The notes under the pieces are model-generated. The model worked only from the letters and a program-made list of their open reading frames with translations. It did no database searches and had not been told where the DNA came from. This document shows, one piece after another, positions 1 to 9,968 of a stretch of 64,000 nucleotides of DNA. A program made the position numbers and the translations under genes. The stretch's first letter is position 1, and each line of letters begins with the position of its first letter. The DNA is taken from assembly GCA_046294815.1 (NCBI GenBank), contig JBKBOJ010000001.1:17380-81379 (forward strand), read 5' to 3'. The stretch comes from Roseateles sp. GTDB lineage: Bacteria > Pseudomonadota > Gammaproteobacteria > Burkholderiales > Burkholderiaceae_C.

Positions 1-417
1 GTTCCAGGCCAGCATCAGCGGCCCACCCTCCATGGCCTCGCCGGCCAGTTCCTCGTCGTACTCGTGGACGACGCCGTTCTCGTCCTCGTAACGCCGCTGG
101 GCGACGACCTCGCCCTCATGCATGACGATGCCCACGAAGCCGTCGTACCAGGACAGCCCCAGGCGCAGCACCGGCAGACAGGCCTGGGCCGCGACGGCCA
201 CCGCCACCTCGTCCGTGATCTCAAAGCCACCGACGCCGTGGAACTCCTTGTCCGCGAGAAACAGGCTGCACAGACGGCGCAACTCGGCGAGATCGGCCTC
301 GCTGCGCTGGGCGAGGAAGGGGTAGCGCAGCAGCGTCAACTGCCACAGCGCCTCGGGAATCGCGTGGCGACGTGCGGCGCGCTGCTCGCGCCAGCGCTTC
401 AGGGCGCGCAGGATCAC
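1..417 (-). CDS. MtfA/M90-family zinc-dependent peptidase, 5' part (runs off the window start)
   Basis: Manual translation from GTG at 417, which overlaps the lpxH stop: MILRALKRW...FLADKEFHGVGGFEITDEVAVAVAAQACLPVLRLGLSWYDGFVGIV...LAGEAMEGGPLMLAW, typical of the MtfA family. Not in the ORF track because it is truncated. Confidence 0.8.
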   Translation of the reverse strand, partial: MILRALKRWREQRAARRHAIPEALWQLTLLRYPFLAQRSEADLAELRRLCSLFLADKEFHGVGGFEITDEVAVAVAAQACLPVLRLGLSWYDGFVGIVMHEGEVVAQRRYEDENGVVHEYDEELAGEAMEGGPLMLAWN

Positions 418-1160
418 AGCGGCAGGCGTTGCAAGCCCTGGAGTGACAGGCGGATCACATCGCCGCGCGGCGGCATCGCGTCGCCATCCCAGTCGGAAAG
501 CACGACGCGGCACAGCCCAGCGCCGAGGTCGTGTGTGGCCGGGCGGTGCGTGTGCCCGTGGATCAGCGTCGTGGCGCCCGCCTCGCCCAGCAGTGCGCGG
601 CAAGCATCGGCGTCGAGGTCCGTGGCCATCAGCTGCGCAGCCTGCGACGCGCGGCTCTGGGCCCGTGCCTCGCGGCCAAAAGCCTGGCGTTCGGCCAGCG
701 GTTTGGCAAGGAAGCTGGCTTGCCAGGCGGCCGAGCGGCTGGTGGCGCGCCAGGCCTGGTAGGCGGCATCGGCCAGGCATTGCGCATCGCCATGCGCCAG
801 CAGCCAGCGCTGGCCGAAGGCGTCCAGCACGGTGGGATCGGGCAGGGCCGTCATGCCAGCGGCGGCCAGCATGTCGGGGCCGACGAGGAAGTCGCGGTTG
901 CCCGGCATGAAGAACAGCGCGAGCCGCCGGCTGGCCCTGCGCAGCATCTGGACGATGCCCGCCTCGAAGGGCTCGTGACGTGCATCGTCGCCAACCCAGA
1001 CCTCGAAGATGTCGCCGAGCAGCAGCACCGCCTGCGCGGGCGTCTCGGCGAGATGGCGCTCAAGCCGGGCAGTCGTTGCCGGCGTGTCCGGCCCCAGGTG
1101 CAGGTCCGACAGCAGGTCGACCTGCTGCCACGACCCGGGTGCCGTCAGCGTGTGGATCAA
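414..1160 (-). CDS. lpxH: UDP-2,3-diacylglucosamine diphosphatase
   Basis: Metallophosphoesterase motifs [34 protein letters not shown]; next to ppiB. Confidence 0.95.
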   Translation of the reverse strand: MIHTLTAPGSWQQVDLLSDLHLGPDTPATTARLERHLAETPAQAVLLLGDIFEVWVGDDARHEPFEAGIVQMLRRASRRLALFFMPGNRDFLVGPDMLAAAGMTALPDPTVLDAFGQRWLLAHGDAQCLADAAYQAWRATSRSAAWQASFLAKPLAERQAFGREARAQSRASQAAQLMATDLDADACRALLGEAGATTLIHGHTHRPATHDLGAGLCRVVLSDWDGDAMPPRGDVIRLSLQGLQRLPL

Positions 1161-1654
1161 ACCTCGACGGCCTTCTCGATGACCACCGCCTCGACCGGCA
1201 CGTCGTCATAGAAGCCCGAGCGGCTGGTCTTGACCTTCTCGATCTTGTCGACCACGTCCTGGCCTTCAACGACCTTGCCGAACACGGCGTAGCCCCAGCC
1301 CGAAGGGGTCTCGGACTTGAAGTCCAGGAAGCCGTTGTTGGTGGTGTTGATGAAGAACTGCGCGGTGGCCGAGTGGGGCGCGCTGGTGCGTGCCATGGCC
1401 AGCGTGTAGTGGGCGTTCTTCAGACCGTTGTTGGCCTCGTTCTGGATCGGGGCCTCGGTGGGTTTTTGCTTCATGCCGGGCTCAAAGCCGCCGCCCTGGA
1501 TCATGAAGCCCTTGATGACACGATGGAAGATCGTGCCGTCGTAATGGCCGCTGCGGACGTAGCTCAGGAAGTTGGCGACGGACAGCGGCGCCTTCTCCGC
1601 ATCCAGCTCGATGAGGATGTCGCCGTGGTTGGTGGTGAGTTTGACTTTGCTCAT
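1157..1654 (-). CDS. ppiB: Cyclophilin-type peptidyl-prolyl isomerase, cytoplasmic
   Basis: [38 protein letters not shown]. Confidence 0.95.
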   Translation of the reverse strand: MSKVKLTTNHGDILIELDAEKAPLSVANFLSYVRSGHYDGTIFHRVIKGFMIQGGGFEPGMKQKPTEAPIQNEANNGLKNAHYTLAMARTSAPHSATAQFFINTTNNGFLDFKSETPSGWGYAVFGKVVEGQDVVDKIEKVKTSRSGFYDDVPVEAVVIEKAVEV

Positions 1655-2244
1655 TGGGATGCGGGCTCGATCAGAGCCTTGTTGATGATGATGGCCCTGA
1701 CGGGCAGGTGCTGGTGCTGGTCGTAGGGGGCGACGTCAACCGTGCGGATCTTGTCCACGACCTCCATGCCCTCGATGACCTGGCCGAATACCGCATAGCC
1801 GCTGGCCGGATTGTCCGGCTGGCCGTCCAGGTAGGGGTTGTCGACCACGTTGATGAAGAACTGCGAGGTCGCCGAATGCGGGTGGTTGCTGCGCGCCATG
1901 GCCACGCTGCCGCGCACGTTGCTCAGGCCGTTGTGCGATTCGAGCGGGATGGGCGGCTTCGTCGGGCGCGGGGAGGGGGGCTTGGCGGGACGGTCGTTCA
2001 GCTTGGCGTCGTAGCCGCCGGTCTGGATCATGAAGCCGTCGATGACGCGGTGGAACACGACGCCGTTGTAATGGCCGGCCTTCACGTACTGCAGGAAGTT
2101 GGCGACGGTCTTGGGAGCCTTCTCCGCATTCAGCTGAATGCGGATGTCGCCTTCGGTGGTCTGCAGCTTCACGGTCTGAGCGGCAGCGGCCAGGGCCAGG
2201 CTGGTCAGAAGGCCGGCCAGTAGACGAGGCAGTGTCTGGGTCAT
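1651..2244 (-). CDS. ppiA: Cyclophilin-type PPIase with signal peptide (periplasmic)
   Basis: N-terminal signal peptide (ALAAAA|Q), [32 protein letters not shown]. Confidence 0.9.
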   Translation of the reverse strand: MTQTLPRLLAGLLTSLALAAAAQTVKLQTTEGDIRIQLNAEKAPKTVANFLQYVKAGHYNGVVFHRVIDGFMIQTGGYDAKLNDRPAKPPSPRPTKPPIPLESHNGLSNVRGSVAMARSNHPHSATSQFFINVVDNPYLDGQPDNPASGYAVFGQVIEGMEVVDKIRTVDVAPYDQHQHLPVRAIIINKALIEPASQ

Positions 2245-2253
2245 GCGGATCGT

Positions 2254-2769
2254 TCAGCGGGTGCGCAACTCGCGCGTCAGCGCCAGCGTGCGGTTGATCT
2301 TGTCGGCCAGTGCGTCGTTGGGCACGGTCGCGGCCTTCTGGGCGCGCTGGTAGGCGCGCAGCGCGAGTCGCAGCAACACGTCGCCCAGGTTCTCCTGCGC
2401 CTGCGCATGCTCGGGCTGAAGCCTCAGCGCCTGTTCCAGCGCGGTCTTGGCGGCGTCGAGCTCGCCCGCGGCGGCGTGCAGCACTGCCAGGTTGTTGAAG
2501 GGGTCGGCCAGGTCGGGGAAGTCCTGGGTCAGACGCTGGAAGATGGTCTGGGCCTGGGCGCGCTCGCCCAGGTCCATGCGCATCACGCCCAGCGTGAAGC
2601 GCAACTGCAAGTCGTCCGGCGAGCGGGTCAGCGCTTGTTCCAAGAGCGCGACGGCCTGGGGCTTCTGCCCGGCCAGCCAAAGGCGTTGGGCGTCGGCCAG
2701 GTCGTCTGCCCGTACGGGCGTGGCTGCCAGGGTCAGCAGCAGCGCGAGGGAGGGGAGGGGCAGGCGCAT
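2254..2769 (-). CDS. Exported tetratricopeptide-repeat protein
   Basis: Signal peptide and TPR-like helices ([21 protein letters not shown]); usual neighbour of cysS/ppi in Burkholderiales. Confidence 0.8.
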   Translation of the reverse strand: MRLPLPSLALLLTLAATPVRADDLADAQRLWLAGQKPQAVALLEQALTRSPDDLQLRFTLGVMRMDLGERAQAQTIFQRLTQDFPDLADPFNNLAVLHAAAGELDAAKTALEQALRLQPEHAQAQENLGDVLLRLALRAYQRAQKAATVPNDALADKINRTLALTRELRTR

Positions 2770-2919
2770 GAGGGTTGTTGCGGGGGCGGCAGAAGGGGTA
2801 ATTTTTGGCGGGCCGCTATACTGATTCCATTCTATGAGCCCCGCCTGGCCGGCCCCGGTGCGGGGCTTCTTGTTGGTGGTTCCTCATTGGCTTGCAGGGG
2901 CTCCCCCACGTTCCTACCC

Positions 2920-4287
2920 ATGGCTTTGCGCGTCCACAACTCCCTCAGCCGCACCCTCGAAGATTTCCGGCCGCTCGTGCCGGGGCAGGTGCGCATGTAT
3001 GTCTGCGGCATCACCGTCTACGACCTCTGCCACATGGGGCATTTGCGCATGAACATGGCATTCGACGTCATCTACCGCTGGCTGCGCGCCAGCGGCTATG
3101 CCGTCACCTATGTGCGCAACATCACCGACATCGACGACAAGATCATTCGGCGCGCCGTCGAGCGCGGCATCACGATCCGCCAGCTCACCGAAGAAATGAC
3201 GGCGGCGATGCACGAGGACTTCGCCGCGGTGGGGCTGCTGCGCCCGGACCATGAACCGCGCGCGACCGACTATGTGCCGCAGATGCTGTCGCTGATCGAG
3301 CGCCTGGAGCAGCGCGGCCTGGCCTACCGGGCCGAAGGCGGCGACGTGAACTATGCGGTGCGCAAGTTCGACGGCTACGGCAAGCTCAGCGGCAAGAGCC
3401 TGGACGACCTGCGCGCCGGCGAGCGCGTGGCGGTGGATGACGGCAAGCTGGACCCGCTGGACTTCGTGCTGTGGAAGGCCGCCAAGCCCGACGAGCCGGC
3501 CGACGCCAAGTGGGCCGCGCCCTTTGGCGAGGGTCGCCCGGGCTGGCATATCGAGTGCTCGGCGATGAGCTGCGCGCTGCTTGGCGAGAGCTTCGACATC
3601 CACGGCGGCGGCGCCGATCTCCAGTTCCCGCACCATGAGAACGAGATCGCCCAGAGCCAGGGTGCCGGCTACCCGTTCGCGAAGTATTGGCTGCACAACG
3701 GCTTCCTGAATGTCGACGGCGAGAAGATGTCCAAGAGCCTGGGCAACTTCTTCACCATCCGCGACGTGCTGCAGAAGTTCGACGGCGAGACGCTGCGCTT
3801 CTTCATGCTGCGCACCCACTACCGTCGTCCGTTCAATTTCAGCGACGCCCACCTGGAAGACGCCCGCACGGCGCTGACCCGCCTCTACACCGCGCTGGAC
3901 ACCGTGCCGCCCGCCGATGTCACCATCGACTGGAGCGAGCCGAATGCTGCCGCTTTCAAGACAGCGATGGACGAGGACTTTGGCACGCCCGGCGCGATTG
4001 CCGTGCTGTTCGAGCTCGCGGGCGAGGTCAACCGCGACCGCTCGCCCGAGCGTGCCGGCCTGCTGAAGGCGCTGGGCGGCGTGCTGGGCATCCTGCAGCA
4101 GCCGCCGCGCGCCTACCTGCAGGGTGGGGGCGACGATGCCGCCTGGGTCGAGGAGCGCATCGCTGCGCGCGCTGCCGCCAAGGCGGCCAAGGACTTTGCG
4201 GGTGCCGACGCCATCCGCGCCGAGCTGTCGGCCAAGGGCATCACGCTGAAGGACGGTCCGGGCGGCACGACCTGGGTCAAGAGCTGA
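2920..4287 (+). CDS. cysS: Cysteine--tRNA ligase
   Basis: [14 protein letters not shown] (HIGH-like), [30 protein letters not shown]; likely start ATG 2920 (MALRVHNSL). Confidence 0.97.
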   Translation: MALRVHNSLSRTLEDFRPLVPGQVRMYVCGITVYDLCHMGHLRMNMAFDVIYRWLRASGYAVTYVRNITDIDDKIIRRAVERGITIRQLTEEMTAAMHEDFAAVGLLRPDHEPRATDYVPQMLSLIERLEQRGLAYRAEGGDVNYAVRKFDGYGKLSGKSLDDLRAGERVAVDDGKLDPLDFVLWKAAKPDEPADAKWAAPFGEGRPGWHIECSAMSCALLGESFDIHGGGADLQFPHHENEIAQSQGAGYPFAKYWLHNGFLNVDGEKMSKSLGNFFTIRDVLQKFDGETLRFFMLRTHYRRPFNFSDAHLEDARTALTRLYTALDTVPPADVTIDWSEPNAAAFKTAMDEDFGTPGAIAVLFELAGEVNRDRSPERAGLLKALGGVLGILQQPPRAYLQGGGDDAAWVEERIAARAAAKAAKDFAGADAIRAELSAKGITLKDGPGGTTWVKS

Positions 4288-4916
4288 TGCCACCGGAAGT
4301 CATTCCGCCCTACTGGGACGAGGCCTGCAAGCACCTGGTCAAGCGCGACCGGGTCATGAAGAAGCTCATCCCGCAGTTCGGCGAAGCCCGCTTGCAAAGC
4401 CGCGGCGACGCCTTCGCGACGCTGGCCCGCTCCATCGTCGGCCAGCAGATCTCGGTCAAGGCAGCGCAGTCGGTCTGGAACCGCTGGGTCGCGCTGATGC
4501 CCAAGCTTCAGCCCGCGGCGGTGCTGGCGCTGGGCGTGGAGGAGCAGCGTGCGGCCGGCCTGTCCGCGCGCAAGGTCGAGTACCTGCGTGACCTGGCCGA
4601 ACATTTCGCTTCGGGCCGCGTGCATGTGCGTCAATGGGCGCAGATGGACGACGAAGCCATCATCGAAGAGCTGGTCGCGATCCGTGGCATTGGCCGCTGG
4701 ACGGCCGAGATGTTCCTGATCTTTCACCTGATGCGCCCCAACGTCATGCCGCTGGACGATGTCGGCCTGCTAAAGGGCATCAGCCTCAACTACTTTTCCG
4801 GCGAGCCCGTGTCCCGCGCCGAAGCGCGCGAGGTGGGCGACGCCTGGGCGCCCTACCGGTCGGTAGCGGTTTGGTACATTTGGCGCAGCCTCGATCCGCT
4901 GCCGGTGGACTACTGA
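4287..4916 (+). CDS. DNA-3-methyladenine glycosylase II (AlkA/HhH-GPD family)
   Basis: SIVGQQIS, HhH motif [27 protein letters not shown]; ATG overlaps the cysS stop. Confidence 0.9.
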   Translation: MPPEVIPPYWDEACKHLVKRDRVMKKLIPQFGEARLQSRGDAFATLARSIVGQQISVKAAQSVWNRWVALMPKLQPAAVLALGVEEQRAAGLSARKVEYLRDLAEHFASGRVHVRQWAQMDDEAIIEELVAIRGIGRWTAEMFLIFHLMRPNVMPLDDVGLLKGISLNYFSGEPVSRAEAREVGDAWAPYRSVAVWYIWRSLDPLPVDY

Positions 4917-5887
4917 TGAGCAAAAGACACTTTCTGGAATTCGAGCAACCCATCGCGGAGCTTGAGACCAAGATCGAAGAACTGCGTTATGTGCAGAGCG
5001 AGTCGGCCGTCGACATCTCGGAAGAGATCGACCGCCTCTCCAAGAAGAGTCTGCAACTGACCAAGGAGGTCTATGCCAACTTGGCGCCTTGGCAGGTTTA
5101 CCAGATTGCCCGTCACCCGCAGCGGCCGCAGACGCTGGACTACTGTGCGGAAGTCTTCACCGAATTCCAGGAACTGCACGGCGACCGCCACTTTGCCGAC
5201 GACCCCGCCATCGTGGGTGGCTTGGCCCGCTTCAACGGCCAGCCCTGCATGGTCATCGGCCACCAGCGCGGTGCCGACGCCAAGGAGCGCGCGCTGCGCA
5301 ACTTCGGCATGCCCCGTCCCGAGGGCTACCGCAAGGCGCTGCGACTGATGAAGCTGGCCGAGAAGTTCGGCCTGCCGGTGTTCACCTTTATCGACACCAT
5401 GGGCGCCTATCCCGGCATCGGCGCCGAGGAGCGCGGCCAGTCTGAAGCCATTGGCCGCAACATCTTGGAGATGGCGCAGCTGGAGGTGCCCATCATCGCC
5501 ACCGTCATCGGCGAGGGCGGCTCCGGCGGCGCGCTGGCCATCGGCGTGGCCGACCAGGTGCTGATGCTGCAGTTCGCCGCCTACTCGGTGATTTCGCCAG
5601 AAGGCTGTGCCTCCATCCTCTGGAAGAGCAGCGAGCGCGCTTCCGACGCCGCCGAGGCGCTGGGCATCACCGCGCATCGCCTGAAGGCGCTGGGCCTGAT
5701 CGACAAGATCGTCAGCGAGCCGGTCGGTGGTGCCCACCGTGACCCCAAGCAGATGGCGTCCAACCTGAAGCGTGCGCTCAGCGACGCGCTGCGTCAGGTC
5801 AGCGACCTGAAGACTGCTGAGCTGCTGGACCGACGCTATGAGCGCGTCCAGGCCTATGGCCGCTTCAGCGACACCAAGAATCGCTGA
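4916..5887 (+). CDS. accA: Acetyl-CoA carboxylase carboxyltransferase alpha subunit
   Basis: [46 protein letters not shown]. Confidence 0.97.
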   Translation: MSKRHFLEFEQPIAELETKIEELRYVQSESAVDISEEIDRLSKKSLQLTKEVYANLAPWQVYQIARHPQRPQTLDYCAEVFTEFQELHGDRHFADDPAIVGGLARFNGQPCMVIGHQRGADAKERALRNFGMPRPEGYRKALRLMKLAEKFGLPVFTFIDTMGAYPGIGAEERGQSEAIGRNILEMAQLEVPIIATVIGEGGSGGALAIGVADQVLMLQFAAYSVISPEGCASILWKSSERASDAAEALGITAHRLKALGLIDKIVSEPVGGAHRDPKQMASNLKRALSDALRQVSDLKTAELLDRRYERVQAYGRFSDTKNR

Positions 5888-7163
5888 GAACGACGACCTC
5901 GTCGCGGTCGCCTTCAGTGGCGGCCTGGATTCCACGGCGCTGCTGCATGCGACGACGCGCGCCGGCGTGCGCGTGCTGGCCTGCCACGTCCATCATGGCT
6001 TGCAGCCCCAGGCCGATGAGTGGGCGCTGCACTGCGAGCGGGTCGCCGGCCAGTTTGGCGCCAGCTTTGTCTGCGCGCGGCTGAGCGGCGCTCCCGAGCG
6101 GGGGGACAGCCTCGAAGCCTGGGCCCGCCGGGGCCGCTACCGCGCGCTGCACGAGCTGGCCATGGCGGCCGGCGCCGATTTGTTGCTGCTGGCCCATCAC
6201 CGCCAGGACCAGGCCGAGACCTTTCTGTTGCAGGCCATGCGGGGTGCGGGCACCGCCGGCTTGTCCGGCATGCCTCGTGCGCAATGGCGCGATGGCCTGT
6301 GCTGGGCCCGCCCCTGGCTGGACCAGCCGCGCGCGCGCATCCGCGCCTATGCCGAATTGCACGGCCTGTGCTGGATCGACGATCCCAGCAATGCCGATGA
6401 CCGCCATGTGCGCAACCGGCTGCGGCATGTGTTCTGGCCGGCATTCTCTGCGGCCGAAGCCGGCCTGGCCCAGGCGGCGCGCTGGATGCAGCAGGCCGAC
6501 GCGCTGGCCGCCGAGGTGGCCAGCGCGGACCTGGCTGGCATCGGGACGCCGCAGCGACTCGACCTTGCCGGCCTGGCACAGCTGTCGCCGGCGCGCGCCG
6601 CCAACGCCTTGCGCGCCTGGCTGGCGCCGCAGGTACAGGCGCCTGCCACGCTGGTCGAGCGGCTGCTGACGCAATGGCGGCCCGGTGTGACGGCCAGCTG
6701 GCCCGCCCCTGGCGGCGCGTTGCACGCCTATCGGGATGGCCTGTTCTGGGTGCCCGCTTCGCCCGCGCTGCCGGCATCGGCCGAGCTGGACCTGAGTCGC
6801 CCGGGCCTGTATCCGCAGGCCGGCTGGGGCGGGGCCTGGCAGGTGGCGCCCGGACGGCCGGGCGTCGCCGCCGTGCGACTGCGCCGCTTGAGCCAGCATG
6901 GCCGGCAGGGCGGCGAGCAGTTCCAGCATGCGCCGGCATCGGCCGCGCGCAGCCTGAAGAAGGCCTGCCAGAAGGTAGGCCTGCCGCCGTGGCGGCGCCA
7001 GGGGCCGCTGCTGTTCGACGCCGAAGGTCGGCTGGTCGCGGTGGCCGGGTTGGGCATGGACGCCCGCGCCTTCGCAGGTGAAGATGAGCCGGCGCTGTCT
7101 CTGAGCTGGCTGGAGGACTCAGCCTTGCCTCAGCGCGAAGGCGAGTCCGGTTACCCCGCATAA
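5856..7163 (+). CDS. tilS: tRNA(Ile)-lysidine synthetase
   Basis: PP-loop [28 protein letters not shown]...RNRLR; follows accA. Start is 5838 or 5856. Confidence 0.93.
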   Translation: MAASATPRIAENDDLVAVAFSGGLDSTALLHATTRAGVRVLACHVHHGLQPQADEWALHCERVAGQFGASFVCARLSGAPERGDSLEAWARRGRYRALHELAMAAGADLLLLAHHRQDQAETFLLQAMRGAGTAGLSGMPRAQWRDGLCWARPWLDQPRARIRAYAELHGLCWIDDPSNADDRHVRNRLRHVFWPAFSAAEAGLAQAARWMQQADALAAEVASADLAGIGTPQRLDLAGLAQLSPARAANALRAWLAPQVQAPATLVERLLTQWRPGVTASWPAPGGALHAYRDGLFWVPASPALPASAELDLSRPGLYPQAGWGGAWQVAPGRPGVAAVRLRRLSQHGRQGGEQFQHAPASAARSLKKACQKVGLPPWRRQGPLLFDAEGRLVAVAGLGMDARAFAGEDEPALSLSWLEDSALPQREGESGYPA

Positions 7164-7223
7164 AATCCGGGTTTGCGAGTAGGCCGCCCCGGCGTGCTCC
7201 TTTTTCAGCCTTCGCTCAATCTC

Positions 7224-8501
7224 ATGGCTTTGATCGTCCACAAATACGGCGGCACCTCAATGGGGTCCACCGATCGCATCCGAAACGTCGCGAAGCGCGT
7301 CGCCAAATGGGTGCGCGCTGGCCACCAACTGGTGGTCGTGCCCTCGGCGATGAGTGGCGAGACCAACCGCCTTCTGGGTCTGGCCAAGGAGTTGTCGCCG
7401 GCCAGCATGACCCCAGAGGTCATGCGCGAACTGGACATGATCGCCGCCACCGGCGAACAGGTCTCGGTGGGTCTGCTGGCCCTCGCGCTGCAGGCCGAGG
7501 GCATCCCCTCCGTGAGTTACACGGGCTGGCAGGTGCCGGTCGTGACCGACTCTGCCTACACCAAGGCTCGCATCGAGAGCATCGATGACCAGCGCGTGCG
7601 TGCCGACCTCGCCGCGGGCAAAGTCGTTGTCGTCGCCGGCTTCCAGGGCGTTGACGCCAACAACAACATCACCACGCTGGGCCGCGGTGGCTCCGACACC
7701 TCGGCCGTGGCCATCGCCGCCGCGATGAAGGCCGACGAGTGCCTGATCTACACCGACGTGGACGGCGTCTACACCACCGATCCGCGCATCGTGCCCGAGG
7801 CGCGTCGCCTGCACTCCATCTCTTTCGAGGAGATGTTGGAGATGGCGTCGCTGGGCTCCAAGATCCTGCAGATCCGCTCGGTGGAGTTCGCCGGCAAGTA
7901 CCGCGTGCCGCTGCGCGTGCTGTCCAGCTTCACGCCTTGGGACATCGACATCAATGAAGAGGCCACCTCCGGCACGCTGATCACTTTCGAAGAGGACGAG
8001 AACATGGAACAAGCCGTCGTTTCGGGCATTGCCTTCAACCGCGACGAGGCCAAGGTGACGCTGCTGGGCGTGCCCGACAAGCCCGGCATCGCCTTCCAGA
8101 TCCTCGGCCCGGTGGCCGACGCCAACATCGACATCGACGTCATCATTCAGAACGTCTCCCACGACGGCAAGACCGACTTCTCCTTCACCGTGCACCGCAA
8201 CGACTACGCGCGCACGATGGAGCTGCTGAAGAACACCGTGGGCCCGGCCACCAACGCCAGCCAGGTGCTGGGCGATCCCAAGATCTGCAAGGTCTCCATC
8301 GTCGGCATCGGCATGCGCTCTCACGTGGGCGTGGCCAGCAAGATGTTCCGCGCGCTGTCGGAAGAGGGCATCAACATCCAGATGATCTCCACGAGCGAGA
8401 TCAAGACCAGCGTCGTCATCGACGAGAAGTACATGGAGCTGGCCGTGCGCGCGCTGCACAAGGCCTTCGATCTGGACCAAGAAGCCGCGCCGGCCGCCTG
8501 A
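7224..8501 (+). CDS. lysC: Aspartate kinase (monofunctional, two ACT domains)
   Basis: KYGGTS, TTLGRGGSDTSA, YTDVDGVYTTDPR and C-terminal ACT domains. Confidence 0.96.
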   Translation: MALIVHKYGGTSMGSTDRIRNVAKRVAKWVRAGHQLVVVPSAMSGETNRLLGLAKELSPASMTPEVMRELDMIAATGEQVSVGLLALALQAEGIPSVSYTGWQVPVVTDSAYTKARIESIDDQRVRADLAAGKVVVVAGFQGVDANNNITTLGRGGSDTSAVAIAAAMKADECLIYTDVDGVYTTDPRIVPEARRLHSISFEEMLEMASLGSKILQIRSVEFAGKYRVPLRVLSSFTPWDIDINEEATSGTLITFEEDENMEQAVVSGIAFNRDEAKVTLLGVPDKPGIAFQILGPVADANIDIDVIIQNVSHDGKTDFSFTVHRNDYARTMELLKNTVGPATNASQVLGDPKICKVSIVGIGMRSHVGVASKMFRALSEEGINIQMISTSEIKTSVVIDEKYMELAVRALHKAFDLDQEAAPAA

Positions 8502-8552
8502 ACGATTTCTCTCAGAGATGCGCTTGGCTGGTATAGAATGCGCGGCTGTGCT

Positions 8553-8645
8553 GGAAACGTGACCGAGTGGCCGAAGGTGCTCCCCTGCTAAGGGAGTATG
8601 CGGGCAAAACCTGCATCGAGGGTTCGAATCCCTCCGTTTCCGCCA
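8553..8645 (+). tRNA. tRNA-Ser (anticodon GCT)
   Basis: Acceptor stem GGAAACG/CGTTTCC plus GCCA end, anticodon arm CTCCC-CT-GCT-AA-GGGAG, long variable arm, T-loop GGTTCGAATCC; -10-like TAGAAT at 8534-8539. Confidence 0.97.
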
Positions 8646-8657
8646 AGAGCATCAAAC

Positions 8658-8683
8658 AAACGCCCGCAACAGCGGGCGTTTTC
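8658..8683 (+). terminator. Intrinsic terminator after tRNA-Ser
   Basis: Hairpin AAACGCCCGC-AACA-GCGGGCGTTT with a short T run. Confidence 0.7.
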
Positions 8684-8977
8684 ACATGGAAGCGCCAGGA
8701 GAATCAGCGACTTGCACGCCGATTCCCCCGAGCCTCTCGCCACCCAAACCCACAACGACAAGCGCTGCACCACAGGCAGCGTGTGGCACGGCTGTAGCCA
8801 TCGGCACGGACCCCCGCTGGAAGTGCCTGCAACCAACACCCCCACCCATCCCGTTTGCCGAGCGGCGAAACCAGGCGCCAAGGCCTTCAAGATGTGTTCG
8901 ACGGCGGTGGCCTGGCGGGCTAACGCGACTGGGGCGGCGCACACCGCGACCATCGGCCCCGACCTGCCCTCAGCAGC

Positions 8978-9928
8978 CTAAGCCTTGGCGGCTACGGTTT
9001 GGTTTCTGCCCGCGGCCTTGGCTTCGTACAGGGCCGCGTCTGCTCGCGCAAGCAAGCCATCGACCCGATTCTGGACGGAAACCAGACCCCTCTCGCTGGT
9101 GCGCTCCGAAGCCGGTGGGGTCAAGGTTGCCACGCCGATCGACACCGCTAGACGGCCCAGGGGGCTGGCTTCGTGCGGATGCGCCAACTCCGCCAGGGCC
9201 TGGTGAACGCGCTCGGCCACCGTTATCGCGCCTTCTCCATCGGTGTCAGGCATGAGCACGACGAACTCCTCACCCCCCCACCGGCCGCAGAAATCGTTGG
9301 CACGGCTGGCCGCTTTGCGCAGGCAGTCGGCGACCTTGATCAGCGCGTGATCACCGCCAGAGTGCCCGTAGAAGTCGTTGAAGGCCTTGAAGTAGTCGAT
9401 GTCGATCATCAGCACGCTGATCGCCGTGCGCTGACGATCTGCCCGGCACACCTCCCGCTCGAGCTGCTCCTGCATGGCACGACGATTCGCGAGTCCCGTC
9501 AGTGAATCGGTGCGCGACAGGCGCCGCACCTCGGCCAATGCCCGGTTCAGGCGAAGTTGGGTGCCCACCCGGGCTTTCAACACCCCCGGTCGAATCGGCT
9601 TGGTGAGGTAGTCGACCGCTCCGGCCGCAAAGGCGGCTTCCTCGGTGGCTTCGTCGCGATGGCTGGTCAGCAGGACCACCGGGATTTCCGCCAGGTCGCT
9701 GGACTTCTGCATCAGGGCGAGCATCTCCAGCCCGCCCATCTGCGGCATCTCGGCGTCCAGCAAGACCAAATCGACCGGCTCTTGGCGGAGCAATCGGAGC
9801 GCATCGGCCGCGCTGCGGGCGAACCGGCAGCGGCCGAAATCGCTGAGCAGGCGACTGGCTGCTTGGATGATCGACGGATCGTCATCGACCAGCAACAGGG
9901 TGGCTGCTCTGGGGTGGGGTTCGTTCAT
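8978..9928 (-). CDS. Response regulator diguanylate cyclase (REC-GGDEF)
   Basis: REC (LLLVDDD, LVLLDAEMP, LTKPI); TDSLTGLANRR, DIDYFKAFND.YGH..GD, active site GGEEF preceded by an RxxD I-site (RAND). Confidence 0.93.
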   Translation of the reverse strand: MNEPHPRAATLLLVDDDPSIIQAASRLLSDFGRCRFARSAADALRLLRQEPVDLVLLDAEMPQMGGLEMLALMQKSSDLAEIPVVLLTSHRDEATEEAAFAAGAVDYLTKPIRPGVLKARVGTQLRLNRALAEVRRLSRTDSLTGLANRRAMQEQLEREVCRADRQRTAISVLMIDIDYFKAFNDFYGHSGGDHALIKVADCLRKAASRANDFCGRWGGEEFVVLMPDTDGEGAITVAERVHQALAELAHPHEASPLGRLAVSIGVATLTPPASERTSERGLVSVQNRVDGLLARADAALYEAKAAGRNQTVAAKA

Positions 9929-9968
9929 GGCGGGCTGAATCGTGGTGTTTCAGAGGTGCTGGGTTGCA

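Noticed and set aside
2407-2919. Long N-terminal extensions given by the ORF track for cysS (also alkA, accA, the acylase, GH5, GH2 and DUF3047)
   Set aside because: They overlap neighbouring genes or promoters; internal starts fit family N-termini better.
8870-8975. Short reading RRQGLQDVFDGGGLAG* resembling a rhodanese C-terminus
   Set aside because: Too short, with no start and no supporting upstream similarity.
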